Positions 1-9,641 of a DNA stretch of 64,000 nucleotides are shown here, piece after piece. This stretch comes from a virus (Duplodnaviria; Caudoviricetes). A program made the position numbers and the translations under genes. The stretch spans positions 139,499 through 203,498 of IMG/VR virus record IMGVR_UViG_3300014208_000027, one strand, 5' to 3'. Numbering within the stretch: the stretch's first letter is position 1; each line of letters begins with the position of its first letter. Below the pieces are notes generated by a model. It saw only the letters and a list, made by a program, of their open reading frames with translations, did no database searches and was not told the origin of the DNA.

Positions 1-1485
1 ATTAAAACACTTATTAAAAAGTACGGTGAACTATCAGATTTTAAGAAACGCATAGATGATGTTAGAAAAGAAGTAACTTATAATAAAAAGCAAATAGAAG
101 AAAACAAAAAAATATGTGAACAATGTGAAGTAGAAAAAAAGGGTATAGAAAGTGAGATATCAGAACTCAAGAACAAGATCAATTTTGCTCCCAAGATTTC
201 TTTTAAAATATCAGATATTGTGGGGAAGATCAGTGTTCTGGATGATAAGAAGGCTAGCCTTATATCTCGAAAAGATGCAAGGGTAGAAGAAAATAAAAAG
301 TTATCTAAGAAACTTCATGAGATTAAGGAGTTTAGCAAAGATAGAGAGCAAAACGAGCAATCTTGCCACGAGTTGATACAAAAAGCCAACACTTACAAAG
401 ATATGGTATATTCTTTGCAGGTAAAATTAAACGCAAAAAATAAAGAGTTAGATAATTGCAATAAAAGAATAAAACTTCTTGAAGAAGTCCCCTGTGGTAA
501 CTCGTTTCCGAAATGTAAGTTTATTGCAGACTCCTTTATAGCGCAAAAAGAAGTAAAGGGTGTGTTAGAAGAGTGTGATAGCTTGCTTCATGAAATACAG
601 CGTGTTAATGCTGAAACTCCGAGTGTTGCAGATGCTTGTAATTCTCAAGAGTACCTTAAAAAATGTTCATTGTCAGATAAAGAAGAAATTGTTTTAAAGC
701 AAAAATTACTGGAGGGCAAGAACAGGATTAGCTCCATTGAAAATGATCTATTGAAGAATAATCAAGAGTCAGAGAAACTTCAAGAACAAAAGAGGCTATA
801 CGAAGATAACAAAGAAATTATTGAAGACTATGAAGGCGTGATAAGTTTATTGAACTTAAAAACTGAAGTTCTAGAACAAAAAGAAAAGAATATTCAAGAT
901 TGTGAAAATGTCTCTATGGAACTTTATAAAAAGCATGGTTCCATGGAGCAACAGTTAGAAACTCTGAGGCAGAATAGAAAAGAACTTGTTAAGATTCGTA
1001 CTGAGTATGAAGCATATGACTTGTTAGAAAAATGTTTTCATAGTACAGGTATTCCTTTCATTATCATTAAACAGCAGTTACCTTATATTAACTCTGAAAT
1101 TGGTAAGGTCTTGGCTAGCGTGGTAGGATTTAAAGTTTTCTTTGAGAGTGAAGATGATAAGCTAAATTTATTTATTCAACATAAAAACTATAGTCCTAGA
1201 CCGCTAGAAATGGGTAGTGGCGCAGAAAAAACTTTGGCTAGTATGGCTATAAGAATGGGCTTGACAAAAATTTCTAGCCTTCCACGATGTTCTATGTTAG
1301 TATTGGATGAGCCTGTACTGGCTTTGGATAGTAACATTTTAGAGGCGTTTTCAAAATTGCTAGAAGTGTTAAAAGAAGAATATAAGCCAATTGTTCTAAT
1401 TACTCATTTGGAAGCCCTCAAAGATATTGTAGATAATGAAATAATTCTGTCAACCAAGGGTAAATTTGCCCATATAAATCAATGA
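1..1485 (+). CDS. SbcC/Rad50/T4 gp46-like recombination exonuclease ATPase subunit (5' partial)
   Basis: Frame open from base 1. Coiled coil, zinc-hook-like PCGNSFPKC, ABC signature variant MGSGAEK, Walker B LVLDEP, H-loop LITH. Confidence 0.88.
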   Translation: MKTLIKKYGELSDFKKRIDDVRKEVTYNKKQIEENKKICEQCEVEKKGIESEISELKNKINFAPKISFKISDIVGKISVLDDKKASLISRKDARVEENKKLSKKLHEIKEFSKDREQNEQSCHELIQKANTYKDMVYSLQVKLNAKNKELDNCNKRIKLLEEVPCGNSFPKCKFIADSFIAQKEVKGVLEECDSLLHEIQRVNAETPSVADACNSQEYLKKCSLSDKEEIVLKQKLLEGKNRISSIENDLLKNNQESEKLQEQKRLYEDNKEIIEDYEGVISLLNLKTEVLEQKEKNIQDCENVSMELYKKHGSMEQQLETLRQNRKELVKIRTEYEAYDLLEKCFHSTGIPFIIIKQQLPYINSEIGKVLASVVGFKVFFESEDDKLNLFIQHKNYSPRPLEMGSGAEKTLASMAIRMGLTKISSLPRCSMLVLDEPVLALDSNILEAFSKLLEVLKEEYKPIVLITHLEALKDIVDNEIILSTKGKFAHINQ

Positions 1486-1492
1486 GGAAAAT

Positions 1493-1741
1493 ATGGAATA
1501 TCCAGATTTTAGTGTAATAGAACTTGGCGGTGGTGATCTTGAGGTTCTTTTTCTTGAAAAAGTTGGCGAAGATTTGCTTAAAGTGATTCAAAAAGAAATT
1601 GAAGTATACAGTAGAGAAGTTTTGACCACTAGAACGCTATATAGTATGAATTCTACAATCAAGAACAAACTTCATTATTTAGTTATGAGCGGGAAACTAA
1701 GATATAATTTATTTGACAAATCATGGGTTTTGGAAGCCTAA
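1493..1741 (+). CDS. hypothetical protein
   Basis: 82-aa ORF with GAGGA SD, in operon context. Confidence 0.6.
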   Translation: MEYPDFSVIELGGGDLEVLFLEKVGEDLLKVIQKEIEVYSREVLTTRTLYSMNSTIKNKLHYLVMSGKLRYNLFDKSWVLEA

Positions 1742-1754
1742 AAGGAGAATTTTT

Positions 1755-1994
1755 ATGGATCAAAGAACGATGTTGGATTTTGCAAAGAAGTTGTTGTCTC
1801 GCAAGTTGTTAGTGTGGATTGCTTCTACTGTTTTATTATGTTGCAAGGTTATTACTCAAGATGTATGGCAGTTAATATCTATTACTTTCATGGGTGTTCA
1901 TGCTGCACAAGCTGTTTTGACTGGGGCTGGTGTAGCAAACAAAGTATCTGCGCTGGTAACTAAAAAAGAAGATGAGAAGGAAGGTGAGGCGTAA
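1755..1994 (+). CDS. small two-TM membrane protein, holin-like
   Basis: ATG at 1755 behind AAGGAG. SRKLLVWIASTVLL plus a second hydrophobic segment and a charged C-terminal tail. Confidence 0.5.
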   Translation: MDQRTMLDFAKKLLSRKLLVWIASTVLLCCKVITQDVWQLISITFMGVHAAQAVLTGAGVANKVSALVTKKEDEKEGEA

Positions 1995-1995
1995 C

Positions 1996-2379
1996 ATGCT
2001 GCTCCTACTTCAAAAGGCTTGGTTAGCAGTAAAAAAGTTTTGGTATGTACCTGTGTTGTTAGTTGTGGCCGTTATTTTAGCTGTTGTTTACAGAAAAAAC
2101 ACTTCTGTTATTGAGATGTTATATAATACGCTTGATTCTTATAAAGAGCAGGCCGCTAAACTTGACAAACTGAACAAAGAACAACTAGCGCAAAAAGAAG
2201 ATCTGCAAAAAAAATACAATTTGGTTCTTCAGCAAATGATTGAGCAACACGAACACAATGAACAGGTTTTAACAGAGGAAAGAAAAAAAAGAATCAAAGA
2301 ACTTGTAGAGCAATATAAAGGTAAAGATGAAGAGCTAGCAAAAGCATTTTCCCAAGAATTTGGCATTGATTTAAAATAG
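1996..2379 (+). CDS. N-terminal TM plus coiled-coil protein, i-spanin-like
   Basis: KKFWYVPVLLVVAVILAVVYRK anchor followed by a long helical charged region. Confidence 0.45.
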   Translation: MLLLLQKAWLAVKKFWYVPVLLVVAVILAVVYRKNTSVIEMLYNTLDSYKEQAAKLDKLNKEQLAQKEDLQKKYNLVLQQMIEQHEHNEQVLTEERKKRIKELVEQYKGKDEELAKAFSQEFGIDLK

Positions 2380-2386
2380 GTGAAAA

Positions 2387-2824
2387 ATGGCTAAATTCAT
2401 AATTGTTTTTTCTTTGTTGTTTCCATGTATTTCTTACGCTCAAGATGGAGCAGTATTCCTAAAAAAAGGTGAACAAGTTCCTTTTAATGGAGTCCTGCTT
2501 CCACCTGATGTACAAGCTAAAATGATTGCAGATTCAGAGTATAATAAAAAAGTTTGTGCTCTGGAAACAAATTATTTATCTATGCGTCAAAAGACAACGT
2601 GCGATTTTGAAAAGAACTCTATGAAAATTGATTTAGATACGTTAAATAAAAAATACGATTTGGTAACTAAACTTAAAGATGATGAAATTACTAGGCTAAA
2701 TAAAAATATCGTAGACAATAGTAAAAGTAGTGATAGATGGGTATGGTGGTTAGCTGGTGGTGTTGTAAGTGGGATTGCCCTAACTGTAGCTGTTACTTAT
2801 GCGGTAACTCAAACGACAAAATAA
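2387..2824 (+). CDS. exported coiled-coil protein with C-terminal TM (possible spanin-like component)
   Basis: Signal peptide ending ISYA-QD. C-terminal hydrophobic WVWWLAGGVVSGIALTVAVTYAV. Confidence 0.45.
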   Translation: MAKFIIVFSLLFPCISYAQDGAVFLKKGEQVPFNGVLLPPDVQAKMIADSEYNKKVCALETNYLSMRQKTTCDFEKNSMKIDLDTLNKKYDLVTKLKDDEITRLNKNIVDNSKSSDRWVWWLAGGVVSGIALTVAVTYAVTQTTK

Positions 2825-2828
2825 TATT

Positions 2829-3359
2829 TTACCACCCCGCTCCGATTCTTCCACCGATTAAAGCATCATTGCCACCTTTTTTCTTCTCGTGTGGCACTTT
2901 CCCTAAATTAGTAGTTTCATCAGCAGGAGGATCTGTTAACCTTTCAATTTCTTTTTCTTTTATTTCTTTTTGATACAACCATTCTTCTCGTTCAGACTCC
3001 ACCCAAGCTGATAAAGTTTTTAAAACGTAATCTGTAGCTGTTAAGCCTTCACCACCGTCTTTTAACTCTGGATAAGTGGCTTCCATAGATCCGTAGACAT
3101 TGCCAGCATGTACTGTCTCAGGTTTAATAATTCCTTTCTTCATGAGGAACTTCATAATTTGATTTTGAATATCGTAAGTCTTAGATGATGTGTTTAGACT
3201 ATCATTGGTTAATACTAAAATTTTTCTTTTCTCCGGCATGACAACAACGTCAACGTCGGGATGGTCGAAAATGATAAAATCGCCGTCTAAAGTTTTACGA
3301 ATGTTTAGTTTAAATTTTAAATCGTTTTTATTTGGACCAATCGTTACTATTAGAGACAT
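2829..3359 (-). CDS. hypothetical phage protein
   Basis: 176-aa ORF, preceded on its own strand by CTATTTAT and AAGGA. Confidence 0.7.
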   Translation of the reverse strand: MSLIVTIGPNKNDLKFKLNIRKTLDGDFIIFDHPDVDVVVMPEKRKILVLTNDSLNTSSKTYDIQNQIMKFLMKKGIIKPETVHAGNVYGSMEATYPELKDGGEGLTATDYVLKTLSAWVESEREEWLYQKEIKEKEIERLTDPPADETTNLGKVPHEKKKGGNDALIGGRIGAGW

Positions 3360-3374
3360 TTTTAAATCCTTGAG

Positions 3375-3399
3375 ATAAATAGTGGTTAAATCTAATTAC
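3375..3399. promoter_or_regulatory. divergent putative late-promoter pair (CTATTTAT on -, CTAATTAC on +)
   Basis: Motif copies at 3375-3382 (minus) and 3392-3399 (plus) between divergent genes. Confidence 0.5.
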
Positions 3400-3413
3400 T
3401 AGCAGGAGTACGA

Positions 3414-3779
3414 ATGGACAAAGATATTTCAAAACTTGAATCCGCAATTATTGAAAAATACGGTGAAGAAACTAACTTTAATCTTGATAATTGTTGGACG
3501 GTAGAGAAAGAAAAAGAATACCTTATATCTTTAAAAGAATCCGTTACTAGTGAGCCTGAAGAAATCCTTCTAAAAAGCGATGGATACTTACAGTTTAAAA
3601 AACTAATTATTAAGAATGAAAGTGCTTGTATAGTATGTAAAAGATATACATTGACTAAAAGTGATGATGTTTATTTGACTAAGTATGAATGTTGTGAAAA
3701 GTGCTATATACAACATGTGGAAGGTCGTGAAGGCAAGTGGGAAGGCAAGAAAAAAACTTTTAAGGACATAAAAATATAA
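3414..3779 (+). CDS. hypothetical protein with Cys cluster
   Basis: CIVC...CCEKC putative zinc site. GCAGGAG SD. Confidence 0.7.
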   Translation: MDKDISKLESAIIEKYGEETNFNLDNCWTVEKEKEYLISLKESVTSEPEEILLKSDGYLQFKKLIIKNESACIVCKRYTLTKSDDVYLTKYECCEKCYIQHVEGREGKWEGKKKTFKDIKI

Positions 3780-3780
3780 C

Positions 3781-3948
3781 ATGAAAATTTCAAGAAAAAG
3801 ATTAGAAGAGATTATTCTAGAAGAAGTGGAACTTCACTTCATGAATGATGAAAAAGAATGCGAGCATGGTGAAGATGAGGAATGCGATTGTAAATTGAAA
3901 CATGAAAAACTTCTTGAGCAAAGCGTAAACCTTAAAGGTGAAAAGTAA
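3781..3948 (+). CDS. 55-aa protein, probable virion/head protein (absent from the ORF track)
   Basis: Manual translation MKISRKRLEEIILEEVELHF...GEK*. Fills the gap between two + genes; the minus-strand track ORF here is its shadow. Confidence 0.65.
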   Translation: MKISRKRLEEIILEEVELHFMNDEKECEHGEDEECDCKLKHEKLLEQSVNLKGEK

Positions 3949-3949
3949 C

Positions 3950-4513
3950 ATGGCAAAAGATAAAAAAGTTACTGGTAATACTGCCATTTTAAATGTCATT
4001 CAGGGCATTTCTCAGGCTTTAGCCGGTAAGCATGACACAATTTATGATAATGATGGCGAGAAGAAAGAAATTGGGCTTAAGCGTGAAGTAGAAAATTATT
4101 TAACTATGTCTAGGGGTATGGATGGATTCTCTGCTCGTGTAAGCAGCAATACTCTCATTGTCACATATCAAAGTGAAATTCTTATGAAAGATGTGCATGA
4201 GAAGAAATTTGAAGAAGACATTGAAAGTACGTTTAAAGATATTCTAAAATTTATCAAGAAGCAATATAAAAACTACACCAAGCAAAATTTAACACTTAAA
4301 GAAAATGGTAAATGTGATATTAAAGTTGAAACTGTAAGCCGTTACCGTACATGGGTAATCGCCAAAAAAATGTATGAGATTAAAAACTTTGAAGTTGAAC
4401 CTGCTGGAGACAATAAAAAGTTAGATAAAGCCATTGAAAAGTGGTTAGACCAAAAGTCTGATAAAAGACCTACTAATGTAACAATTTCCAAGACGGATAA
4501 TGAAAAAGAATAA
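3950..4513 (+). CDS. hypothetical phage protein
   Basis: ATG at 3950 directly after the upstream stop; 187 aa. Confidence 0.7.
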   Translation: MAKDKKVTGNTAILNVIQGISQALAGKHDTIYDNDGEKKEIGLKREVENYLTMSRGMDGFSARVSSNTLIVTYQSEILMKDVHEKKFEEDIESTFKDILKFIKKQYKNYTKQNLTLKENGKCDIKVETVSRYRTWVIAKKMYEIKNFEVEPAGDNKKLDKAIEKWLDQKSDKRPTNVTISKTDNEKE

Positions 4514-6006
4514 TGAAAAATCTAGCCCTTCTTAGCGAGATAGAAACTATCATAGAAGATATGCTATCTGGTACTAATGATGTAGAGTCGGTAGATCAAC
4601 AAAAAGTTATTGATATGTTTCGTACTCATCCCGATCCTACGCCTGCAATGGTGGATAGTTTCGCTGAAGATTTGGGTATATCAAAAGAACAACTGGAAGA
4701 AAAAATTTATTGTTTGCTATCTGACATGTTGAATAACAAAACTAAAGTACCTGATGAAGTTAGTCTAACCACTGAAAAGAGAGAAGAAGTGTTAAAAGGT
4801 GGTATTGCTGATGGACATCCTAGAAGTGAATTTGATCCTGGAGAACTTCGCAAGGGTATGAAGGTTGAATTTGAGCATACAAATAATATCGATGCTGCTA
4901 GAGAAATAGCTGAAGATCATTTAATGGAAGACCCCGATTATTATAAAAAACTAGAGAAAATGGAGACCGGACAAGATATGCCGCTTAATAATTTAAAAGA
5001 ACTTGTATCTCGTGTAGTTCAAGAAGTTTGCAAGAAACATCAAACATCTATTGAAGAAATCTTTGAGCCTAACAAGCAAACTCTAGGGGAAGAAGGTAAG
5101 AAACTTAGGAAGGCATTAGCACATTTTAATAAAGAAGCTGGTGTATGGGGGCTTATTGATGATGAGACAAGAGAAGTGGTTCCTGGTACTCCTATTTGGC
5201 ATTCTCTAAAAGATGCCGTAAGGCAAGCCCCTCAAGGTGGGTATATCGTAAGTGGGCAAATGGAAGGTGACCTTCCACCGTGGCTAACTGAAAAAACTGT
5301 TCAAGGCACAGATACAAAGATTGATATTGGTGATAAACTAGCAAATTTTGAGAGAGTATCTGATCTTCTAAGAGATGAAAATTATCAATTATATCAACTT
5401 ATTAAATCTGGGGAACTAACTCAAAAACAAGCACCTGTGGCTATTGATGCGTTAAAAGATTTATCGCGTTATGCTCGTAGGGAAGACCAACAACAAGTTC
5501 TTGATATTTTAGCTAGAGATATTGAAGATGCTAGCGAAGGCACTGATCACGGTCTAGTAATGGAAGATGAAGTTGAAGGGCAAGAAAAAAATAATCCTAC
5601 CCCCGTTGAATTATTTGAGAAAGCTAAGAAATTACAAAAACGTCTTAAGATAGCTTTGCTTAAAATAGCTAAAACTCTTCCTAGCTATAGCGAGGCAAGG
5701 TCTGAACTTAGAAACTCTGTCTTTGCGTTAGATCGTATCAATATTAATGGTTTACAAGAAGAATATGAAGGCGAAATTGAAGACGAGAAAAATTTTCCTC
5801 GTGAGCCACGTAGCCTTAGTTACCCCATGAAAGAAGAACTGGTAGAAGTAGCTCCACCGGGAAGAGAAGAACAAGTCAAGGCATTAAAGAAAAAGTTTCC
5901 TAAAGGGTCTGACTCTCCTTATAAGATTTCATGGGCACAAGAAAAAAGAGAAGAGAACCTTTACGAATCAATGCTTAAAATAGCTACAAAGCGTAGTAAC
6001 AAATAA
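4513..6006 (+). CDS. multidomain probable virion protein with DUF5661-like domain
   Basis: ELRKGMKVEFEHTNNIDAAREIAEDHLMEDPDYYKKL matches the DUF5661 pattern as recalled. Acidic; many L-x-E motifs. Confidence 0.6.
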   Translation: MKNLALLSEIETIIEDMLSGTNDVESVDQQKVIDMFRTHPDPTPAMVDSFAEDLGISKEQLEEKIYCLLSDMLNNKTKVPDEVSLTTEKREEVLKGGIADGHPRSEFDPGELRKGMKVEFEHTNNIDAAREIAEDHLMEDPDYYKKLEKMETGQDMPLNNLKELVSRVVQEVCKKHQTSIEEIFEPNKQTLGEEGKKLRKALAHFNKEAGVWGLIDDETREVVPGTPIWHSLKDAVRQAPQGGYIVSGQMEGDLPPWLTEKTVQGTDTKIDIGDKLANFERVSDLLRDENYQLYQLIKSGELTQKQAPVAIDALKDLSRYARREDQQQVLDILARDIEDASEGTDHGLVMEDEVEGQEKNNPTPVELFEKAKKLQKRLKIALLKIAKTLPSYSEARSELRNSVFALDRININGLQEEYEGEIEDEKNFPREPRSLSYPMKEELVEVAPPGREEQVKALKKKFPKGSDSPYKISWAQEKREENLYESMLKIATKRSNK

Positions 6007-6021
6007 AAAAGTAGGCAATGA

Positions 6022-6798
6022 ATGATTTGCGGAACATTTCCTGGTCCAAATAGAAATCATATCTTAGGTATAGACCAATTAGACCCCTTACTTTGGGGGG
6101 TTTATCCAAACTTTAGATACCGTGGAATTGATGCTAATTTAACTAATTGGCCCGCGTGGAAGTATGGACCTACATTAACCTATTATGGAACTTCTTCTCC
6201 GCCAAATTTGTTGGTATCTTCAAGTCCTTACAGTGGACCTTCGGATAAGTCAGTTGAAATGTTTGGGAATACAGGTGCAGTTGGACCTGGAAGTTATCAA
6301 GATGCTACTGGTACTACAACTGGTGATGTAACAACTGGTGACATATTCATAGAAATGATTATTAAGTTTGTTGCCGGTGGTGGAGGTTGGATTATTTCAA
6401 AGGGGGCCTTTCCATCTGGTGGTAATGGCTGGCGCCTTTATTATGATAGCGTTCCAAACTGGGTTATTCCTAACAACGCATTAGTAGGCTCTTATGGTGC
6501 CGCTTCTGGTTTTGATCATTTAGTATTTTCATATAATCGTGATATAACTGGAGTACAAGGAATTCGTCACTATAGGAATGGAACGTTAAAAAATCTTGGA
6601 GCACAACAAATTACGACCACACTGACAAATGCTTATCCACTAACAATTAATGGTGATAAAAATAGAGCATTGACAAATACGCATTTTTATATTTCTTATG
6701 TATCAATGTGGACTTCGCAAGATTGGATACCGGCCGATACTACTGCCGTGGATGCCATGGTTTTAGCACGCTATAATGCGTTGCAAGGAAATTATTAA
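6022..6798 (+). CDS. LamG/concanavalin-like beta-sandwich protein, paralog of the N-terminal domain of 18920..21016
   Basis: G/T/S-rich; HLVFSY...YRNG pattern; visible alignment with the 698-aa protein. Confidence 0.6.
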   Translation: MICGTFPGPNRNHILGIDQLDPLLWGVYPNFRYRGIDANLTNWPAWKYGPTLTYYGTSSPPNLLVSSSPYSGPSDKSVEMFGNTGAVGPGSYQDATGTTTGDVTTGDIFIEMIIKFVAGGGGWIISKGAFPSGGNGWRLYYDSVPNWVIPNNALVGSYGAASGFDHLVFSYNRDITGVQGIRHYRNGTLKNLGAQQITTTLTNAYPLTINGDKNRALTNTHFYISYVSMWTSQDWIPADTTAVDAMVLARYNALQGNY

Positions 6799-6799
6799 C

Positions 6800-6828
6800 T
6801 TTACTTTCTTTCAAAAATAATATATCAT
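6800..6828 (+). promoter_or_regulatory. sigma70-type promoter of the HNH gene
   Basis: TTTACT-17 nt-TATCAT, followed by GTAGGAG SD. Confidence 0.45.
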
Positions 6829-6846
6829 GTAATGTAGGAGACAAAT

Positions 6847-7839
6847 ATGAAGATAGGAATATGCGAAATATGTAAGAAGGAAAAGAAGGTTTGTAGGCGC
6901 AGAAATACTGGCTCGACAACGTGTCACAGGTGTTATCTAGATTTTATTGCACCAAAGAGTTTATGTGAGTGTGGGAGGTTTGAACCTGCTGCAAAGATTG
7001 TAAACGGAAAACCATATTGTAAGAAATGTTTTTATAATAAACTAACTTTGGTATCTGAATGTTATATTTGTCATGAGGAAAAGGAAGTTAGAAAGCAAAA
7101 AAAAACTAATATACTTGTTTGTGAAAAATGTCACAAAGACAATTTTGCTTTAAAACGAATCTGCGCATGTGGAAAAAAAACAATTTCTGCAAAAGTTGTT
7201 GATGGTGAAGGATTTTGTGACACATGCTACAGAAAAAAGTTTTTATCTGAAGAGTGTGATGGGTGTCATGAAATAAAGGTTATAAATTGTAGAAGTGGTG
7301 GTAACTTTTGTAGTAAATGCTGGTTTAACAATATAAAAGAAAAAAAAGAGTGCCATGACTGCGGCGAGATAAGAAGAATATGCAGAGTTACTAATAACGG
7401 TCCAGTGTGTGAGAGGTGTAGCAGAAAATATCTGGAAAAACGGAAATGCACTGAATGCCCTAGAGTTAGACTAATACAAAAAGTATTGGGGGATAAAGAG
7501 TATTGCAGTGTTTGTTATAAAAAATATCGATTGCAAAATGATGAATCTTTTAGAGTTAAAGAAAACTTAAGAGATAGACTTGCGTCGGCGTTTAGAAGAC
7601 TATCTAAAGGTGGGAAGAAGGCCAATGCCAAGGAATATGGTATAGACTATCAAGCCATTTTTGAATATATCGGAGAATGCCCTGGAGATAGAAAAGATTA
7701 CCATATTGATCACATAAAACCTTTGTGTTTATTTGATTTTGATGATCCAGAACAAGTAAGAGATGCATTCCGCCCAGAGAACCATCAGTGGTTAACTAAA
7801 GAAGAAAATATGAAAAAAGGGTCAAAATATAATTCATAA
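6847..7839 (+). CDS. HNH endonuclease with about seven tandem CxxC...CxxC zinc-ribbon modules
   Basis: C-terminal YHIDHIKPLCLFDF...ENHQWLTKEENMKKGSK. Repeated Cys4 modules upstream of it. Confidence 0.8.
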   Translation: MKIGICEICKKEKKVCRRRNTGSTTCHRCYLDFIAPKSLCECGRFEPAAKIVNGKPYCKKCFYNKLTLVSECYICHEEKEVRKQKKTNILVCEKCHKDNFALKRICACGKKTISAKVVDGEGFCDTCYRKKFLSEECDGCHEIKVINCRSGGNFCSKCWFNNIKEKKECHDCGEIRRICRVTNNGPVCERCSRKYLEKRKCTECPRVRLIQKVLGDKEYCSVCYKKYRLQNDESFRVKENLRDRLASAFRRLSKGGKKANAKEYGIDYQAIFEYIGECPGDRKDYHIDHIKPLCLFDFDDPEQVRDAFRPENHQWLTKEENMKKGSKYNS

Positions 7840-9461
7840 TGGCTATTCCATCATTAAAACTAACAAAAGAAGACATAAAAAAAGAAATTATACGATGTGG
7901 CAGAGATCCTGTTTATTTCATCTCAAATTATTGCTATGTCCAACACCCCACAAAGGGAGTTGTCCGATTTAATTTGTATGATTTCCAAAAACAAATTATT
8001 CGAGACGTAAGTGATTATCGATTTAATGTCATACTTAAAGCAAGGCAATTAGGGGTTTCTACGGTTTCAGCTTGTTTCTCCTTATGGATGATGTTGTTTC
8101 ATCGTGGTCAGTCTATATTGATTTGCGCAACAAAAGAAAAAGTTGCTGTCAATGTCGTTAAAAAATGTAAATTAGCATATAAGAGGCTTCCTTCTTGGTT
8201 GAAAGTTTCTGATCTCACAATTGACAATAAAAACTCATTTGAATTAGAAAATTCAAGTTGGATCCGAGGAAGTAGTACTAGTGATGATGTGGGCCGTTCC
8301 GAAGCGTTATCCCTGCTAATAATTGACGAAGCTGCAATTATTAAAAATCTGGAAGATTTATGGCCCGGCTTATATAACACGGTTAGTGAGGGTGGAAAAA
8401 TTTTGATAATGTCAACTCCGCTTGGAGCTAGCGGTTTGTTCTATAAAATTTACACTGACTCTTTAGCGCAAAAAAATGACTTTCACTCATCATTTTATGA
8501 TTGGAGAAGCCACCCAAATCATGACCAGACTTGGTTTGATCACGAAGTAACTAACATGTCGCGCGCTCAAGTAGCTCAAGAATTACTGGGTAATTTCAAT
8601 ATGTCCGGTGAAACTGTATTTGATCCTGAGATGATTGAATGGATGGAAAAAACTCATATTCGTGAACCATTATATCATACTGGGTTTGATCGTAATCTTT
8701 GGGTTTGGGAGGGTTTTAACCCTGAAGAAAAATACTTTATTGCTGCTGACTGTGCCCGAGGTGATGCTACAGATTATTCTGTAGCAGTTGTGTTAAAGAT
8801 TGGGCTGTCTTCTTTGAGTGATAAAATGGAAATTGTGGCCTCTTATCAGGGGAAAACTCCTCCTGATTTATTCTCTAATTTTTTACACAACTTAGGAAAA
8901 GAGTATGGGAATGCTCTTTTAGTGGTTGAGAATAATACTGTTGGATTTGCTGTTGTTAGTAAATTGCAAGAATTGCAGTATCCAAATTTATATTATTCTG
9001 AAAAAGGAACGCATAATTTTGTTGAGTCTTATGAAGCAGAAACTAGTAATTCCGGTTATGTAGCAGGGTTTAGTACTACTTCAAAAACTCGTCCATTGAT
9101 CGTTTCTAAAATGGAAGAAGATTTAAGGAATAAACTTTTAATATTCCACGATGCAAGATTACTAAACGAATGCCGTACTTTTATTTTTGAAAGTGGAAGA
9201 CCGCAATCACAGCGAGGGTATAACGACGATCTAGTAATTGCAACTTGCATTGGCTGCTACGTGAAGGATCTTATTTATGCTACCAATACGGTTGAAATGA
9301 GTTATAAAAAAGCTTTCCTTAGTTCAATTTTTGTTAGCAATACAACTTTAAATACTAAAGTAGCTGGTCAAGCTGGAGCGCCCTTAACGGCTCAATATGA
9401 TCAAAGTTTAAAAGACTACCAAGAGTATAATTGGATATATGTTGATATGTTTAAAAAGTAG
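7839..9461 (+). CDS. terL: terminase large subunit (T4 gp17-like)
   Basis: KARQLGVST Walker A, LLIIDEAA Walker B, STPLG motif III, nuclease motifs AADCARG and NDDLVIA. Confidence 0.95.
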   Translation: MAIPSLKLTKEDIKKEIIRCGRDPVYFISNYCYVQHPTKGVVRFNLYDFQKQIIRDVSDYRFNVILKARQLGVSTVSACFSLWMMLFHRGQSILICATKEKVAVNVVKKCKLAYKRLPSWLKVSDLTIDNKNSFELENSSWIRGSSTSDDVGRSEALSLLIIDEAAIIKNLEDLWPGLYNTVSEGGKILIMSTPLGASGLFYKIYTDSLAQKNDFHSSFYDWRSHPNHDQTWFDHEVTNMSRAQVAQELLGNFNMSGETVFDPEMIEWMEKTHIREPLYHTGFDRNLWVWEGFNPEEKYFIAADCARGDATDYSVAVVLKIGLSSLSDKMEIVASYQGKTPPDLFSNFLHNLGKEYGNALLVVENNTVGFAVVSKLQELQYPNLYYSEKGTHNFVESYEAETSNSGYVAGFSTTSKTRPLIVSKMEEDLRNKLLIFHDARLLNECRTFIFESGRPQSQRGYNDDLVIATCIGCYVKDLIYATNTVEMSYKKAFLSSIFVSNTTLNTKVAGQAGAPLTAQYDQSLKDYQEYNWIYVDMFKK

Positions 9462-9614
9462 TGTTGCCCAATCTGCACAACATAACCTTTCTAGGCACAA
9501 CTTGATTACAATTTGGCAAGGCAACAAAAAATAAAGTGTTCAATGTTCATTATTGTTTCACGCTATGTTGAACAAGCTAATTTGTGAAACACCTACTACT
9601 AGTGCTCCACTAAA

Positions 9615-9622
9615 CTATTTAT
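9615..9622 (+). promoter_or_regulatory. putative late promoter (portal)
   Basis: CTATTTAT about 20 nt upstream of the ATG. Confidence 0.5.
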
Positions 9623-9641
9623 CATATTCAAAGGGTGAAAT

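Noticed and set aside
3817-3999. Minus-strand hydrophobic ORF, and the many other short antisense/overlapping track ORFs inside long genes
   Set aside because: Antisense shadows of AT-rich + strand genes, with no SD or promoter support.
7839-9461. Intein or intron in terL, a common site
   Set aside because: ATPase and nuclease motifs are contiguous at normal length.
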